A stretch of 64,000 nt of DNA from Eledone cirrhosa (Eukaryota). Both the position numbers and the translations under genes were made by a program. Numbering within the stretch: the first letter of the stretch is position 1; each line of letters begins with the position of its first letter. Positions 24,701 to 39,700 of the stretch are shown in pieces. The notes beneath the pieces are model-generated. The model did not search any database, was not told the DNA's origin, and saw only the letters and a list, made by a program, of their open reading frames with translations. Where the stretch lies: NCBI GenBank assembly GCA_964016885.1, contig OZ024740.1, positions 21,390,001 through 21,454,000 on the forward strand, written 5' to 3'.

Positions 24701-27700
24701 ATTCTACCTGACGTTCTAACGACTCTACCATTCTACCTGACGTTATAATCACTCTACAATTCTACCTGACGTTCTAACCACTCTACTATTCTATATGACG
24801 TTCTAAACACTCTACCATTCTATCTGACATTCTAATGACTCTACCATTCTACCCGACGTTCTAACCACTCTACCATTCTATCTGACGTTCTAACCACTCT
24901 GCCATTCTATCTGACGTTCTAATCATTCTACCATTCTATCTGACGTTCTAACGACTCTACCATTCTACCTGACGTTCTAATCACTCTACAATTCTATCTG
25001 ACGTTCTAACCACTCTGCCATTCTATCTGACGTTCTGATCACTCTACCATTCTATCTGACGTTCTAACCCCTCTACCATTCTATCTAACGTTCTAACCCC
25101 TATACCATTCTATCTGACGTTCTAACCACTCTACCATTCTACCTGACGTTCTAACGACTCTACCATTCTACCTGACGTTCTAATCACTCTACCATTCTAT
25201 CTGACGTTCTAACGACTCTACCATTCTACCTGACGTTCTAATCACTCTACAATTTTATCTGACGTTCTAATCACTCTACCATTCTATCTGACGTTCTAAC
25301 CACTCTGCCATTCTATCTGACGTTCTGATCACTCTACCATTCTATCTGACGTTCTACACCACTTTGCCATTCTATCTGAAGTTCTAATCACTCTACCATT
25401 CTACCTGACGTTCTAACCACTCTACCATTCTACCTGGCGTTCTAACCACTCTACCATTCTATCTGACGTTCTAATGACTCTACCATTCTACCCGACGTTC
25501 TAACCACTCTACCATTCTATCTGACGTTCTAATCATTCTACCATTCTATCTGACGTTCTAACGACTCTACCATTCTACCTGACGTTCTAACGACCCTACC
25601 ATTCTACCTGACGTTATAATCACTCTACAATTCTACCTGACGTTCTAATCGCACTACAATTTTATCTGACGTTATAATCACTCTACCATTCTATCTGACG
25701 TTCTAATCACTCTGCCATTCTATCTGACGTTCTGATCACTCTACCATTCTATCTGACGTTCTAACCACTCTACCATTCTATCTGACGTTCTTATCACTCT
25801 ACAATTTTATCTGACGTTCTAATCACTCTACCATTCTATCTGACGTTCTAAACACTCTGCCATTCTATCTGACGTTCTGATCACTCTACCATTCTATCTG
25901 ACGTTCAAACCACTCTGCCATTCTATCTGAAGTTCTAATCACTCTACCATTCTATCTGACGTTCTATCCACTCTAGCATTCTATCTGACGTTCTAACCAC
26001 TCTACCATTCTATCTGACGTTCTAACTACTCTACAATTCTATCTGACGTTCTAATCACTCTACCATTCTATGTGACGTTCTAACCACTCTGCCATTCTAT
26101 CTGAAGTTCTAATCACTCTACCATTCTATCTGACGTTCTAACCACTCTACCATTTTATCTGACGTTCTAACCACTCTACCATTCTATCTAACGTTCTAAC
26201 CTCTCTACCATTCTATCTGACGTTCTAACCACTCTACCATTCTACCTGACGTTCTAATCATTCTACCATTCTATCTGACGTTCTAACGACTCTACCATTC
26301 TACCTGTCGTTCTAACGACTCTACCATTCTACCTGGCGTTCTAACCACTCTACCATTCTATCTGACGTTCTAACCACTCTACTATTCTATCTAACGTTCT
26401 AACCCCTCTACAATTCTATCTGACGTTCTAACCACTCTACCATTCTACATGACGTTCTAATCATTTTACCATTCTATCTGACGTTCTAACCCCTCTACCA
26501 TTCTATCTGACGTTCTAACGACTCTATCATTCTACCTGACGTTCTAACGACTCTACCATTCTACCTGACGTTCTAATCACTCTACCATTCTACCTGACGT
26601 TCTAACCATTCTACCATTCTATCTGACGTTCTAACGACTCTATCATTCTACCTGACGTTCTAACGACTCTACCATTCTACCTGACGTTCTAATCACTCTA
26701 CCATTCTATCTGACGTTCTAACGACTCTACCATTCTACCTGACGTTCTAACCATTCTACCATTCTATCTAACGTTCTAACCCCTCTGCCATTCTATCTGA
26801 CGTTCTGATCACTCAACCATTCTATCTGACGTTCTACACCACTTTGCCATTCTATCTGAAGTTCTAATCACTATACCATTCTATATGACGTTCTAACCAC
26901 TCTACCATTCTATCTGACGTTCTAACCACTCTACCATTCTATCTCACGTTCTAACATCTCTACCATTCTATCTGACGTTCTAATGACTCTACCATTCTAC
27001 CTGACGTTCTAACCACTCTACCATTCTACCTGGCGTTCTAACCACTCTACCATTCTATCTGACGTTCTAATGACTCTACCATTCTACCCGACGTTCTAAC
27101 CCCTCTACCATTCTATCTAACGTTCTAACCCCTCTACCATTCTATCTGACGTTCTAACCACTCTACCATTCTACCTGACGATCTAACCATTCTACCATTC
27201 TATCTGACGTTCTAACGACTCTACCATTCTACCTGACGTTCTAATCACTCTACCATTCTATCTGAGTTTCTAACGACTCTACCATTCTACCTGACGTTCT
27301 AATCACTCTACAATTTTATCTGACGTTCTAATCACTCTACCATTCTATCTGACGTTCTAACCACTCTGCCATTCTATCTGACGTTCTGATCACTCTACCA
27401 TTCTATCTGACGTTCTACACCACTTTGCCATTCTATCTGAAGTTCTAATCACTCTACCATTCTATCTGACGTTCTAACCACTCTACCATTCTATCTAACG
27501 TTCTAACATCTCTACCATTCTATCTGACGTTCTAATGACTCTACCATTCTACCTGACGTTTTAACCACTCTACCATTCTACCTGGCGTTCTAACCACTCT
27601 ACCATTCTATCTGACGTTCTAATGACTCTACCATTCTACCCGACGTTCTAACCCCTCTACCATTCTATCTGACGTTCTAATGACTCTACCATTCTATCTG

Positions 27701-30700
27701 ACGATCTAACCACTCTACCATTCTACCTGGCGTTCTAACCACTCTACCATTCTATCTGACATTCTAATGACTCTACCATTCTACCCGACGTTCTAACCAC
27801 TCTACCATTCTACCTGACGTTCTAACCATTCTACCATTCTATCTGACGTTCTAACGACTCTACCATTCTACCTGACGTTCTAACGACTCTACCATTCTAC
27901 CTGACGTTCTAATCACTCTACCATTCTATCTGACGTTCTAACGACTCTACCATTCTACCTGACGTTCTAATCACTCTACAATTTTATCTGACGTTCTAAT
28001 CACTCTACCATTCTATCTGACGTTCTAACCACTCTGCCATTCTATCTGACGTTCTGATCACTCAACCATTCTATATGACGTTCTAATGACTCTACCATTC
28101 TATCTGACGTTCTAACCACTCTACCATTCTATCTAACGTTCTAACATCTCTACCATTCTATCTGACGTTCTAATGACTCTACCATTCTACCTGACGTTCT
28201 AACCACTCTACCATTCTACCTGGTGTTCTAACCACTCTACCATTCTATCTGACGTTCTAATGACTCTACCATTCTACCCGACGTTCTAACCCCTCTACCA
28301 TTCTATCTGACGTTCTAATGACTCTACCATTCTATCTGACGATCTAACCACTCTACCATTCTACCTGGCGTTCTAACCACTCTACCATTCTATCTGACGT
28401 TCTAACCACTCTACCATTCTATCTAACGTTCTAACATCTCTACCATTCTATCTGACGTTCTAATGACTCTACCATTCTACCTGACGTTCTAACCACTCTA
28501 CCATTCTACCTGGCGTTCTAACCACTCTACCATTCTATCTGACGTTCTAATGACTCTACCATTCTACCCGACGTTCTAACCCCTCTACCATTCTATCTAA
28601 CGTTCTAACCCCTCTACCATTCTATCTGATGTTCTAACCACTCTACCATTCTACCTGACGTTCTAACCATTCTACCATTCTATCTGACGTTCTAACGACT
28701 CTACCATTCTACCTGACGTTCTAATCACTCTACCATTCTATCTGACGTTCTAACGACTCTACCATTCTACCTGACGTTCTAATCACTCTACAATTTTATC
28801 TGACGTTCTAATCACTCTACCATTCTATCTGACGTTCTAACCCCTCTGCCATTCTATCTGACCTTCTGATCACTCTACCATTCTATCTGACGTTCTACAC
28901 CACTTTGCCATTCTATCTGAAGTTCTAATCACTCTACCATTCTATCTGACGTTCTAACCCCTCTACCATTCTATCTAACGTTCTAACATCTCTACCATTC
29001 TATCTGACGTTCTAATGACTCTACCATTCTACCCGACGTTCTAACCCCTCTACCATTCTATCTGACGTTCTAATGACTCTACCATTCTATCTGACGATCT
29101 ATCCACTCTACCATTCTACCTGGCGTTCTAACCACTCTACCATTCTATCTGACATTCTAATGACTCTACCATTCTATCTGACGTTCTAACGACTCTACCA
29201 TTCTACCTGACGTTCTAACGACTCTACCATTCTACCTGACGTTATAATCACTCTACAATTCTACCTGACGTTCTAACCACTCTACTATTCTATATGACGT
29301 TCTAAACACTCTACCATTCTATCTGACATTCTAATGACTCTACCATTCTACCCGACGTTCTAACCACTCTACCATTCTATCTGACGTTCTAACCACTCTG
29401 CCATTCTATCTGACGTTCTAATCATTCTACCATTCTATCTGACGTTCTAACCCCTCTACCATTCTATCTAACGTTCTAACCCCTCTACCATTCTATCTGA
29501 CGTTCTAACCACTCTACCATTCTACCTGACGTTCTAACCATTCTACCATTCTATCTGACGTTCTAACGACTCTACCATTTTACCTGACGTTCTAACGACT
29601 CTACCATTCTACCTGACGTTCTAATCACTCTACCATTCTATCTGACGTTCTAACGACTCTACCATTCTACCTGACGTTCTAATCACTCTACAATTTTATC
29701 TGACGTTCTAATCACTCTACCATTCTATCTGACGTTCTAACCACTCTGCCATTCTATCTGAAGTTCTAATCACTCTACCATTCTATCTGACGTTCTATCC
29801 ACTCTAGCATTCTATCTGACGTTCTAACCACTCTACCATTCTATCTGACGTTCTAACTACTCTACAATTCTATCTGACGTTCTAATCACTCTACCATTCT
29901 ATCTGACGTTCTAATCACTCTACCATTTTATCTGACGTTCTAACCACTCTACCATTCTATCTAACGTTCTAACCTCTCTACCATTCTATCTGACGTTCTA
30001 ACCACTCTACCATTCTACCTGACGTTCTAATCATTCTACCATTCTATCTGACGTTCTAACGACTCTACCATTCTACCTGTCGTTCTAACGACTCTACCAT
30101 TCTACCTGACGTTCTAACCACTCTCCCATTCTATCTGACGTTCTAACCACTCTACTATTCTATCTAACGTTCTAACCCCTCTACAATTCTATCTGACGTT
30201 CTAACCACTCTACCATTCTACATGACGTTCTAATCATTTTACCATTCTATCTGACGTTCTAACCCCTCTACCATTCTATCTGACGTTCTAACGACTCTAT
30301 CATTCTACCTGACGTTCTAATCACTCTACCATTCTACCTGACGTTCTAACCATTCTACCATTCTATCTGACGTTCTAACGACTCTATCATTCTACCTGAC
30401 GTTCTAACGACTCTACCATTCTACCTGACGTTCTAATCACTCTACCATTCTATCTGACGTTCTAACGACTCTACCATTCTACCTGACGTTCTAACCATTC
30501 TACCATTCTATCTAACGTTCTAGCCCCTCTGCCATTCTATCTGACGTTCTGATCACTCAACCATTCTATCTGACGTTCTACACCACTTTGCCATTCTATC
30601 TGAAGTTCTAATCACTCTACCATTCTATATGACGTTCTAACCACTCTACCATTCTATCTGACGTTCTAACCACTCTACCATTCTATCTAACGTTCTAACA

Positions 30701-33700
30701 TCTCTACCATTCTATCTGACGTTCTAATGACTCTACCATTCTACCTGACGTTCTAACCACTCTACCATTCTACCTGGCGTTCTAACCACTCTACCATTCT
30801 ATCTGACGTTCTAATGACTCTACCATTCTACCCGACGTTCTAACCCCTCTACCATTCTATCTAACGTTCTAACCCCTCTACCATTCTATCTGACGTTCTA
30901 ACCACTCTACCATTCTACCTGACGATCTAACCATTCTACCATTCTATCTGACGTTCTAACGACTCTACCATTCTACCTGACGTTCTAATCACTCTACCAT
31001 TCTATCTGAGTTTCTAACGACTCTACCATTCTACCTGACGTTCTAATCACTCTACAATTTTATCTGACGTTCTAATCACTCTACCATTCTATCTGAAGTT
31101 CTAACCACTCTGCCATTCTATCTGACGTTCTGATCACTCTACCATTCTATCTGACGTTCTACACCACTTTGCCATTCTATCTGAAGTTCTAATCACTCTA
31201 CCATTCTATCTGACGTTCTAACCACTCTACCATTCTATCTAACGTTCTAACATCTCTACCATTCTATCTGACGTTCTAATGACTCTACCATTCTACCTGA
31301 CGTTCTAACCACTCTACCATTCTACCTGGCGTTCTAACCACTCTACCATTCTATCTGACGTTCTAATGACTCTACCATTCTACCCGACGTTCTAACCCCT
31401 CTACCATTCTATCTGACGTTCTAATGACTCTACCATTCTATCTGACGATCTAACCACTCTTCCATTCTACCTGGCGTTCTAACCACTCTACCATTCTATC
31501 TGACATTCTAATGACTCTACCATTCTACCCGACGTTCTAACCACTCTACCATTCTACCTGACGTTCTAACCATTCTACCATTCTATCTGACGTTCTAACG
31601 ACTCTACCATTCTACCTGACGTTCTAACGACTCTACCATTCTACCTGACGTTCTAATCACTCTACCATTCTATCTGACGTTCTAACGACTCTACCATTCT
31701 ACCTGACGTTCTAATCACTCTACAATTTTATCTGACGTTCTAATCACTCTACCATTCTATCTGACGTTCTAACCACTCTGCCATTCTATCTGACGTTCTG
31801 ATCACTCAACCATTCTATATGACGTTCTAACCACTCTACCATTCTATCTGACATTCTAACCACTCTACCATTCTATCTAACGTTCTAACATCTCTACCAT
31901 TCTATCTGACGTTCTAATGACTCTACCATTCTACCTGACGTTCTAACCACTCTACCATTCTACCTGGCGTTCTAACCACTCTACCATTCTATCTGACGTT
32001 CTAATGACTCTACCATTCTACCCGACGTTCTAACCCCTCTACCATTCTATCTAACGTTCTATCCCCTCTACCATTCTCTCTGACGTTCTAACCACTCTAC
32101 CATTCTACCTGACGTTCTAACCATTCTACCATTCTATCTGACGTTCTAACGACTCTACCATTCTACCTGACGTTCTAATCACTCTACCATTCTATCTGAG
32201 GTTCTAACGACTCTACCATTCTACCTGACGTTCTAATCACTCTACAATTTTATCTGACGTTCTAATCACTCTACCATTCTATCTGACGTTCTAACCACTC
32301 TGACATTCTATCTGACGTTCTGATCACTCTACCATTCTATCTGACGTTCTACACCACTTTGCCATTCTATCTGAAGTTCTAATCACTCTACCATTCTATC
32401 TGACGTTCTAACCACTCTACCATTCTATCTAACGTTCTAACATCTCTACCATTCTATCTGACGTTCTAATGACTCTACCATTCTACCTGACGTTCTAACC
32501 ACTCTACCATTCTACCTGGCGTTCTAACCACTCTACCATTCTATCTGACGTTCTAATGACTCTACCATTCTACCCGACGTTCTAACCCCTCTACCATTCT
32601 ATCTGACGTTCTAATGACTCTACCATTCTATCTGACGATCTAACCACTCTACCATTCTACCTGGCGTTCTAACCACTCTACCATTCTATCTGACGTTCTA
32701 ACCACTCTACCATTCTATCTAACGTTCTAACATCTCTACCATTCTATCTGACGTTCTAATGACTCTACCATTCTACCTGACGTTCTAACCACTCTACCAT
32801 TCTACCTGGCGTTCTAACCACTCTACCATTCTATCTGACGTTCTAATGACTCTACCATTCTACCCGACGTTCTAACCCCTCTACCATTCTATCTAACGTT
32901 CTAACCCCTCTACCATTCTATCTGATGTTCTAACCACTCTACCATTCTACCTGACGTTCTAACCATTCTACCATTCTATCTGACGTTCTAACGACTCTAC
33001 CATTCTACCTGACGTTCTAACCACTCTACCATTCTCTCTGACGTTCTAATCACTCTACCATTCTATCTGACGTTCTAACCCCTCTACCATTCTATCTAAC
33101 GTTCTAACATTTCTACCATTCTATCTGACGTTCTAATGACTCTACCATTCTACCCGACGTTCTAACCCTTCTACCATTCTATCTGACGTTCTAATGACTC
33201 TACCATTCTATCTGACGATCTATCCACTCTACCATTCTACCTGGCGTTCTAACCACTCTACCATTCTATCTGACATTCTAATGACTCTACCATTCTATCT
33301 GACGTTCTAACTACTCTATCATTCTACCTGACGTTCTAATCACTCTACCATTCTACCTGACGTTCTAACCATTCTACCATTCTATCTGACGTTCTAACGA
33401 CTCTATCATTCTACCTGACGTTCTAACGACTCTACCATTCTACCTGACGTTCTAATCACTCTACCATTCTATCTGACGTTCTAACGACTCTACCATTCTA
33501 CCTGACGTTCTAACCATTCTACCATTCTATCTAACGTTCTAGCCCCTCTGCCATTCTATCTGACGTTCTGATCACTCAACCATTCTATCTGACGTTCTAC
33601 ACCACTTTGCCATTCTATCTGAAGTTCTAATCACTCTACCATTCTATATGACGTTCTAACCACTCTACCATTCTATCTGACGTTCTAACCACTCTACCAT

Positions 33701-36700
33701 TCTATCTAACGTTCTAACATCTCTACCATTCTATCTGACGTTCTAATGACTCTACCATTCTACCTGACGTTCTAACCACTCTACCATTCTACCTGGCGTT
33801 CTAACCACTCTACCATTCTATCTGACGTTCTAATGACTCTACCATTCTACCCGACGTTCTAACCCCTCTACCATTCTATCTAACGTTCTAACCCCTCTAC
33901 CATTCTATCTGACGTTCTAACCAATCTACCATTCTACCTGACGATCTAACCATTCTACCATTCTATCTGACGTTCTAACGACTCTACCATTCTACCTGAC
34001 GTTCTAATCACTCTACCATTCTATCTGAGTTTCTAACGACTCTACCATTCTACCTGACGTTCTAATCACTCTACAATTTTATCTGACGTTCTAATCACTC
34101 TACCATTCTATCTGACGTTCTAACCACTCTGCCATTCTATCTGACGTTCTGATCACTCTACCATTCTATCTGACGTTCTACACCACTTTGCCATTCTATC
34201 TGAAGTTCTAATCACTCTACCATTCTATCTGACGTTCTAACCACTCTACCATTCTATCTAACGTTCTAACATCTCTACCATTCTATCTGACGTTCTAATG
34301 ACTCTACCATTCTACCTGACGTTCTAACCACTCTACCATTCTACCTGGCGTTCTAATGACTCTACCATTCTACCCGACGTTCTAACCCCTCTACCATTCT
34401 ATCTGACGTTCTAATGACTCTACCATTCTATCTGACGATCTAACCACTCTTCCATTCTACCTGGCGTTCTAACCACTCTACCATTCTACCTGACGTTCTA
34501 ACCATTCTACCATTCTATCTGACGTTCTAACGACTCTACCATTCTACCTGACGTTCTAACGACTCTACCATTCTACCTGACGTTCTAATCACTCTACCAT
34601 TCTATCTGACGTTCTAACGACTCTACCATTCTACCTGACGTTCTAATCACTCTACAATTTTATCTGACGTTCTAATCACTCTACCATTCTATCTGACGTT
34701 CTAACCACTCTGCCATTCTATCTGACGTTCTGATCACTCAACCATTCTATATGACGTTCTAACCACTCTACCATTCTATCTGACATTCTAACCACTCTAC
34801 CATTCTATCTAACGTTCTAACATCTCTACCATTCTATCTGACGTTCTAATGACTCTACCATTCTACCTGACGTTCTAACCACTCTACCATTCTACCTGGC
34901 GTTCTAACCACTCTACCATTCTATCTGACGTTCTAATGACTCTACCATTCTACCCGACGTTCTAACCCCTCTACCATTCTATCTAACGTTCTATCCCCTC
35001 TACCATTCTCTCTGACGTTCTAACCACTCTACCATTCTACCTGACGTTCTAACCATTCTACCATTCTATCTGACGTTCTAACGACTCTACCATTCTACCT
35101 GACGTTCTAATCACTCTACAATTTTATCTGACGTTCTAATCACTCTACCATTCTATCTGACGTTCTAACCACTCTGACATTCTATCTGACGTTCTGATCA
35201 CTCTACCATTCTATCTGACGTTCTACACCACTTTGCCATTCTATCTGAAGTTCTAATCACTCTACCATTCTATCTGACGTTCTAACCACTCTACCATTCT
35301 ATCTAACGTTCTAACCACTCTACCATTCTATCTAACGTTCTAACATCTCTACCATTCTATCTGACGTTCTAATGACTCTACCATTCTATCTGACGATCTA
35401 ACCACTCTACCATTCTACCTGGCGTTCTAACCACTCTACCATTCTATCTGACGTTCTAACCACTCTACCATTCTATCTAACGTTCTAACATCTCTACCAT
35501 TCTATCTGACGTTCTAATGACTCTACCATTCTACCTGACGTTCTAACCACTCTACCATTCTACCTGGCGTTCTAACCACTCTACCATTCTATCTGACGTT
35601 CTAATGACTCTACCATTCTACCCGACGTTCTAACCCCTCTACCATTCTATCTAACGTTCTAACCCCTCTACCATTCTATCTGATGTTCTAACCACTCTAC
35701 CATTCTACCTGACGTTCTAACCATTCTACCATTCTATCTGACGTTCTAACGACTCTACCATTCTACCTGACGTTCTAACCACTCTACCATTCTCTCTGAC
35801 GTTCTAATCACTCTACCATTCTATCTGACGTTCTAACCCCTCTACCATTCTATCTAACGTTCTAACATTTCTACCATTCTATCTGACGTTCTAATGACTC
35901 TACCATTCTACCCGACGTTCTAACCCTTCTACCATTCTATCTGACGTTCTAATGACTCTACCATTCTATCTGACGATCTATCCACTCTACCATTCTACCT
36001 GGCGTTCTAACCACTCTACCATTCTATCTGACATTCTAATGACTCTACCATTCTATCTGACGTTCTAACGACTCTACCATTCTACCTGACGTTCTAACGA
36101 CTCTACCATTCTACCTGACGTTATAATCACTCTACAATTCTACCTGACGTTCTAACCACTCTACTATTCTATATGACGTTCTAAACACTCTACCATTCTA
36201 TCTGACATTCTAATGACTCTACCATTCTACCCGACGTTCTAACCACTCTACCATTCTATCTGACGTTCTAACCACTCTGCCATTCTATCTGACGTTCTAA
36301 TCATTCTACCATTCTATCTGACGTTCTAACGACTCTACCATTCTACCTGACGTTCTAATCACTCTACAATTCTATCTGACGTTCTAACCACTCTGCCATT
36401 CTATCTGACGTTCTGATCACTCTACCATTCTATCTGACGTTCTAACCCCTCTACCATTCTATCTAACGTTCTAACCCCTCTACCATTCTATCTGACGTTC
36501 TAACCACTCTACCATTCTACCTGGCGTTCTAACCACTCTACCATTCTATCTGACGTTCTAATGACTCTACCATTCTACCCGACGTTCTAACCCCTCTACC
36601 ATTCTATCTGACCTTCTAATGACTCTACCATTCTATCTGATGTTCTAACCACTCTACCATTCTACCTGACGTTCTAACCATTCTACCATTCTATCTGACG

Positions 36701-39700
36701 TTCTAACGACTCTACCATTCTACCTGACGTTCTAATCACTCTACCATTCTATCTGACGTTCTAACGACTCAACCATTCTACCTGACGTTCTAATCACTCT
36801 ACAATTTTATCTGACGTTCTAATCACTCTACCATTCTATCTGACGTTCTAACCCCTCTGCCATTCTATCTGACGTTCTGATCACTCTACCATTCTATCTG
36901 ACGTTCTACACCACTTTGCCGTTCTATCTGAAGTTCTAATCACTCTACCATTCTATCTGACGTTCTAACCCCTCTACCATTCTATCTAACGTTCTAACAT
37001 CTCTACCATTCTATCTGACGTTCTAATGACTCTACCATTCTACCCGACGTCCTAACCCCTCTACCATTCTATCTGACGTTCTAATGACTCTACCATTCTA
37101 TCTGACGATCTATCCACTCTACCATTCTACCTGGCGTTCTAACCACTCTACCATTCTATCTGACATTCTAATGACTCTACCATTCTATCTGACGTTCTAA
37201 CGACTCTACCATTCTACCTGACGTTCTAACGACTCTACCATTCTACCTGACGTTATAATCACTCTACAATTCTACCTGACGTTCTAACCACTCTACTATT
37301 CTATATGACGTTCTAAACACTCTACCATTCTATCTGACATTCTAATGACTCTACCATTCTACCCGACGTTCTAACCACTCTACCATTCTATCTGACGTTG
37401 TAACCACTCTGCCATTCTATCTGACGTTCTAATCATTCTACCATTCTATCTGACGTTCTAACAACTCTACCATTCTACCTGACGTTCTAATCACTCTACA
37501 ATTCTATCTGACGTTCTAACCACTCTGCCATTCTATCTGACGTTCTGATCACTCTACCATTCTATCTGACGTTCTAACCCCTCTACCATTCTATCTAACG
37601 TTCTAACCCCTCTACCATTCTATCTGACGTTCTAACCACTCTACCATTCTACCTGACGTTCTAACCATTCTACCATTCTATCTGACGTTCTAACGACTCT
37701 ACCATTCTACCTGACGTTCTAACGACTCTACCATTCTACCTGACGTTCTAATCACTCTACCATTCTATCTGACGTTCTAACGACTCTACCATTCTACCTG
37801 ACGTTCTAATCACTCTACAATTTTATCTGACGTTCTAACCACTCTGACATTCTATCTGACGTTCTGATCACTCTACCATTCTATCTGACGTTCTACACCA
37901 CTTTGCCATTCTATCTGAAGTTCTAATCACTCTACCATTCTATCTGACGTTCTAACCACTCTACCATTCTATCTAACGTTCTAACATCTCTACCGTTCTA
38001 TCTGACGTTCTAATGACTCTACCATTCTACCTGACGTTCTAACCACTCTACCATTCTACCTGGCGTTCTAACCACTCTACCATTCTATCTGACGTTCTAA
38101 TGACTCTACCATTCTACCCGACGTTCTAACCCCTCTACCATTCTATCTGACGTTCTAATGACTCTACCATTCTATCTGACGATCTAACCACTCTACCATT
38201 CTACCTGGCGTTCTAACCACTCTACCATTCTATCTGACGTTCTAACCACTCTACCATTCTATCTAACGTTCTAACATCTCTACCATTCTATCTGACGTTC
38301 TAATGACTCTACCATTCTACCTGACGTTCTAACCACTCTACCATTCTACCTGGCGTTCTAACCACTCTACCATTCTATCTGACGTTCTAATGACTCTACC
38401 ATTCTACCCGACGTTCTAACCCCTCTACCATTCTATCTAACGTTCTAACCCCTCTACCATTCTATCTGATGTTCTAACCACTCTACCATTCTACCTGACG
38501 TTCTAACCATTCTACCATTCTATCTGACGTTCTAACGACTCTACCATTCTACCTGACGTTCTAACCACTCTACCATTCTCTCTGACGTTCTAATCACTCT
38601 ACCATTCTATCTGACGTTCTAACCCCTCTACCATTCTATCTAACGTTCTAACATTTCTACCATTCTATCTGACGTTCTAATGACTCTACCATTCTACCCG
38701 ACGTTCTAACCCTTCTACCATTCTATCTGACGTTCTAATGACTCTACCATTCTATCTGACGATCTATCCACTCTACCATTCTACCTGGCGTTCTAACCAC
38801 TCTACCATTCTATCTGACATTCTAATGACTCTACCATTCTATCTGACGTTCTAACGACTCTACCATTCTACCTGACGTTCTAACGACTCTACCATTCTAC
38901 ATGACGTTATAATCACTCTACAATTCTACCTGACGTTCTAACCACTCTACTATTCTATATGACGTTCTAAACACTCTACCATTCTATCTGACATTCTAAT
39001 GACTCTACCATTCTACCCGACGTTCTAACCACTCTACCATTCTATCTGACGTTCTAACCACTCTACCATTCTATCTGACGTTCTAATCATTCTACCATTC
39101 TATCTGACGTTCTAACGACTCTACCATTCTACCTGACGTTCTAATCACTCTACAATTCTATCTGACGTTCTAACCACTCTGCCATTCTATCTGACGTTCT
39201 GATCACTCTACCATTCTATCTGACGTTCTAACCCCTCTACCATTCTATCTAACGTTCTAACCCCTCTACCATTCTATCTGACGTTCTAACCACTCTACCA
39301 TTCTACCTGGCGTTCTAACCACTCTACCATTCTATCTGACGTTCTAATGACTCTACCATTCTACCCGACGTTCTAACCCCTCTACCATTCTATCTGACCT
39401 TCTAATGACTCTACCATTCTATCTGATGTTCTAACCACTCTACCATTCTACCTGACGTTCTAACCATTCTACCATTCTATCTGACGTTCTAACGACTCTA
39501 CCATTCTACCTGACGTTCTAATCACTCTACCATTCTATCTGACGTTCTAACGACTCTACCATTCTACCTGACGTTCTAATCACTCTACAATTTTATCTGA
39601 CGTTCTAATCACTCTACCATTCTATCTGACGTTCTAACCCCTCTGCCATTCTATCTGACGTTCTGATCACTCTACCATTCTATCTGACGTTCTACACCAC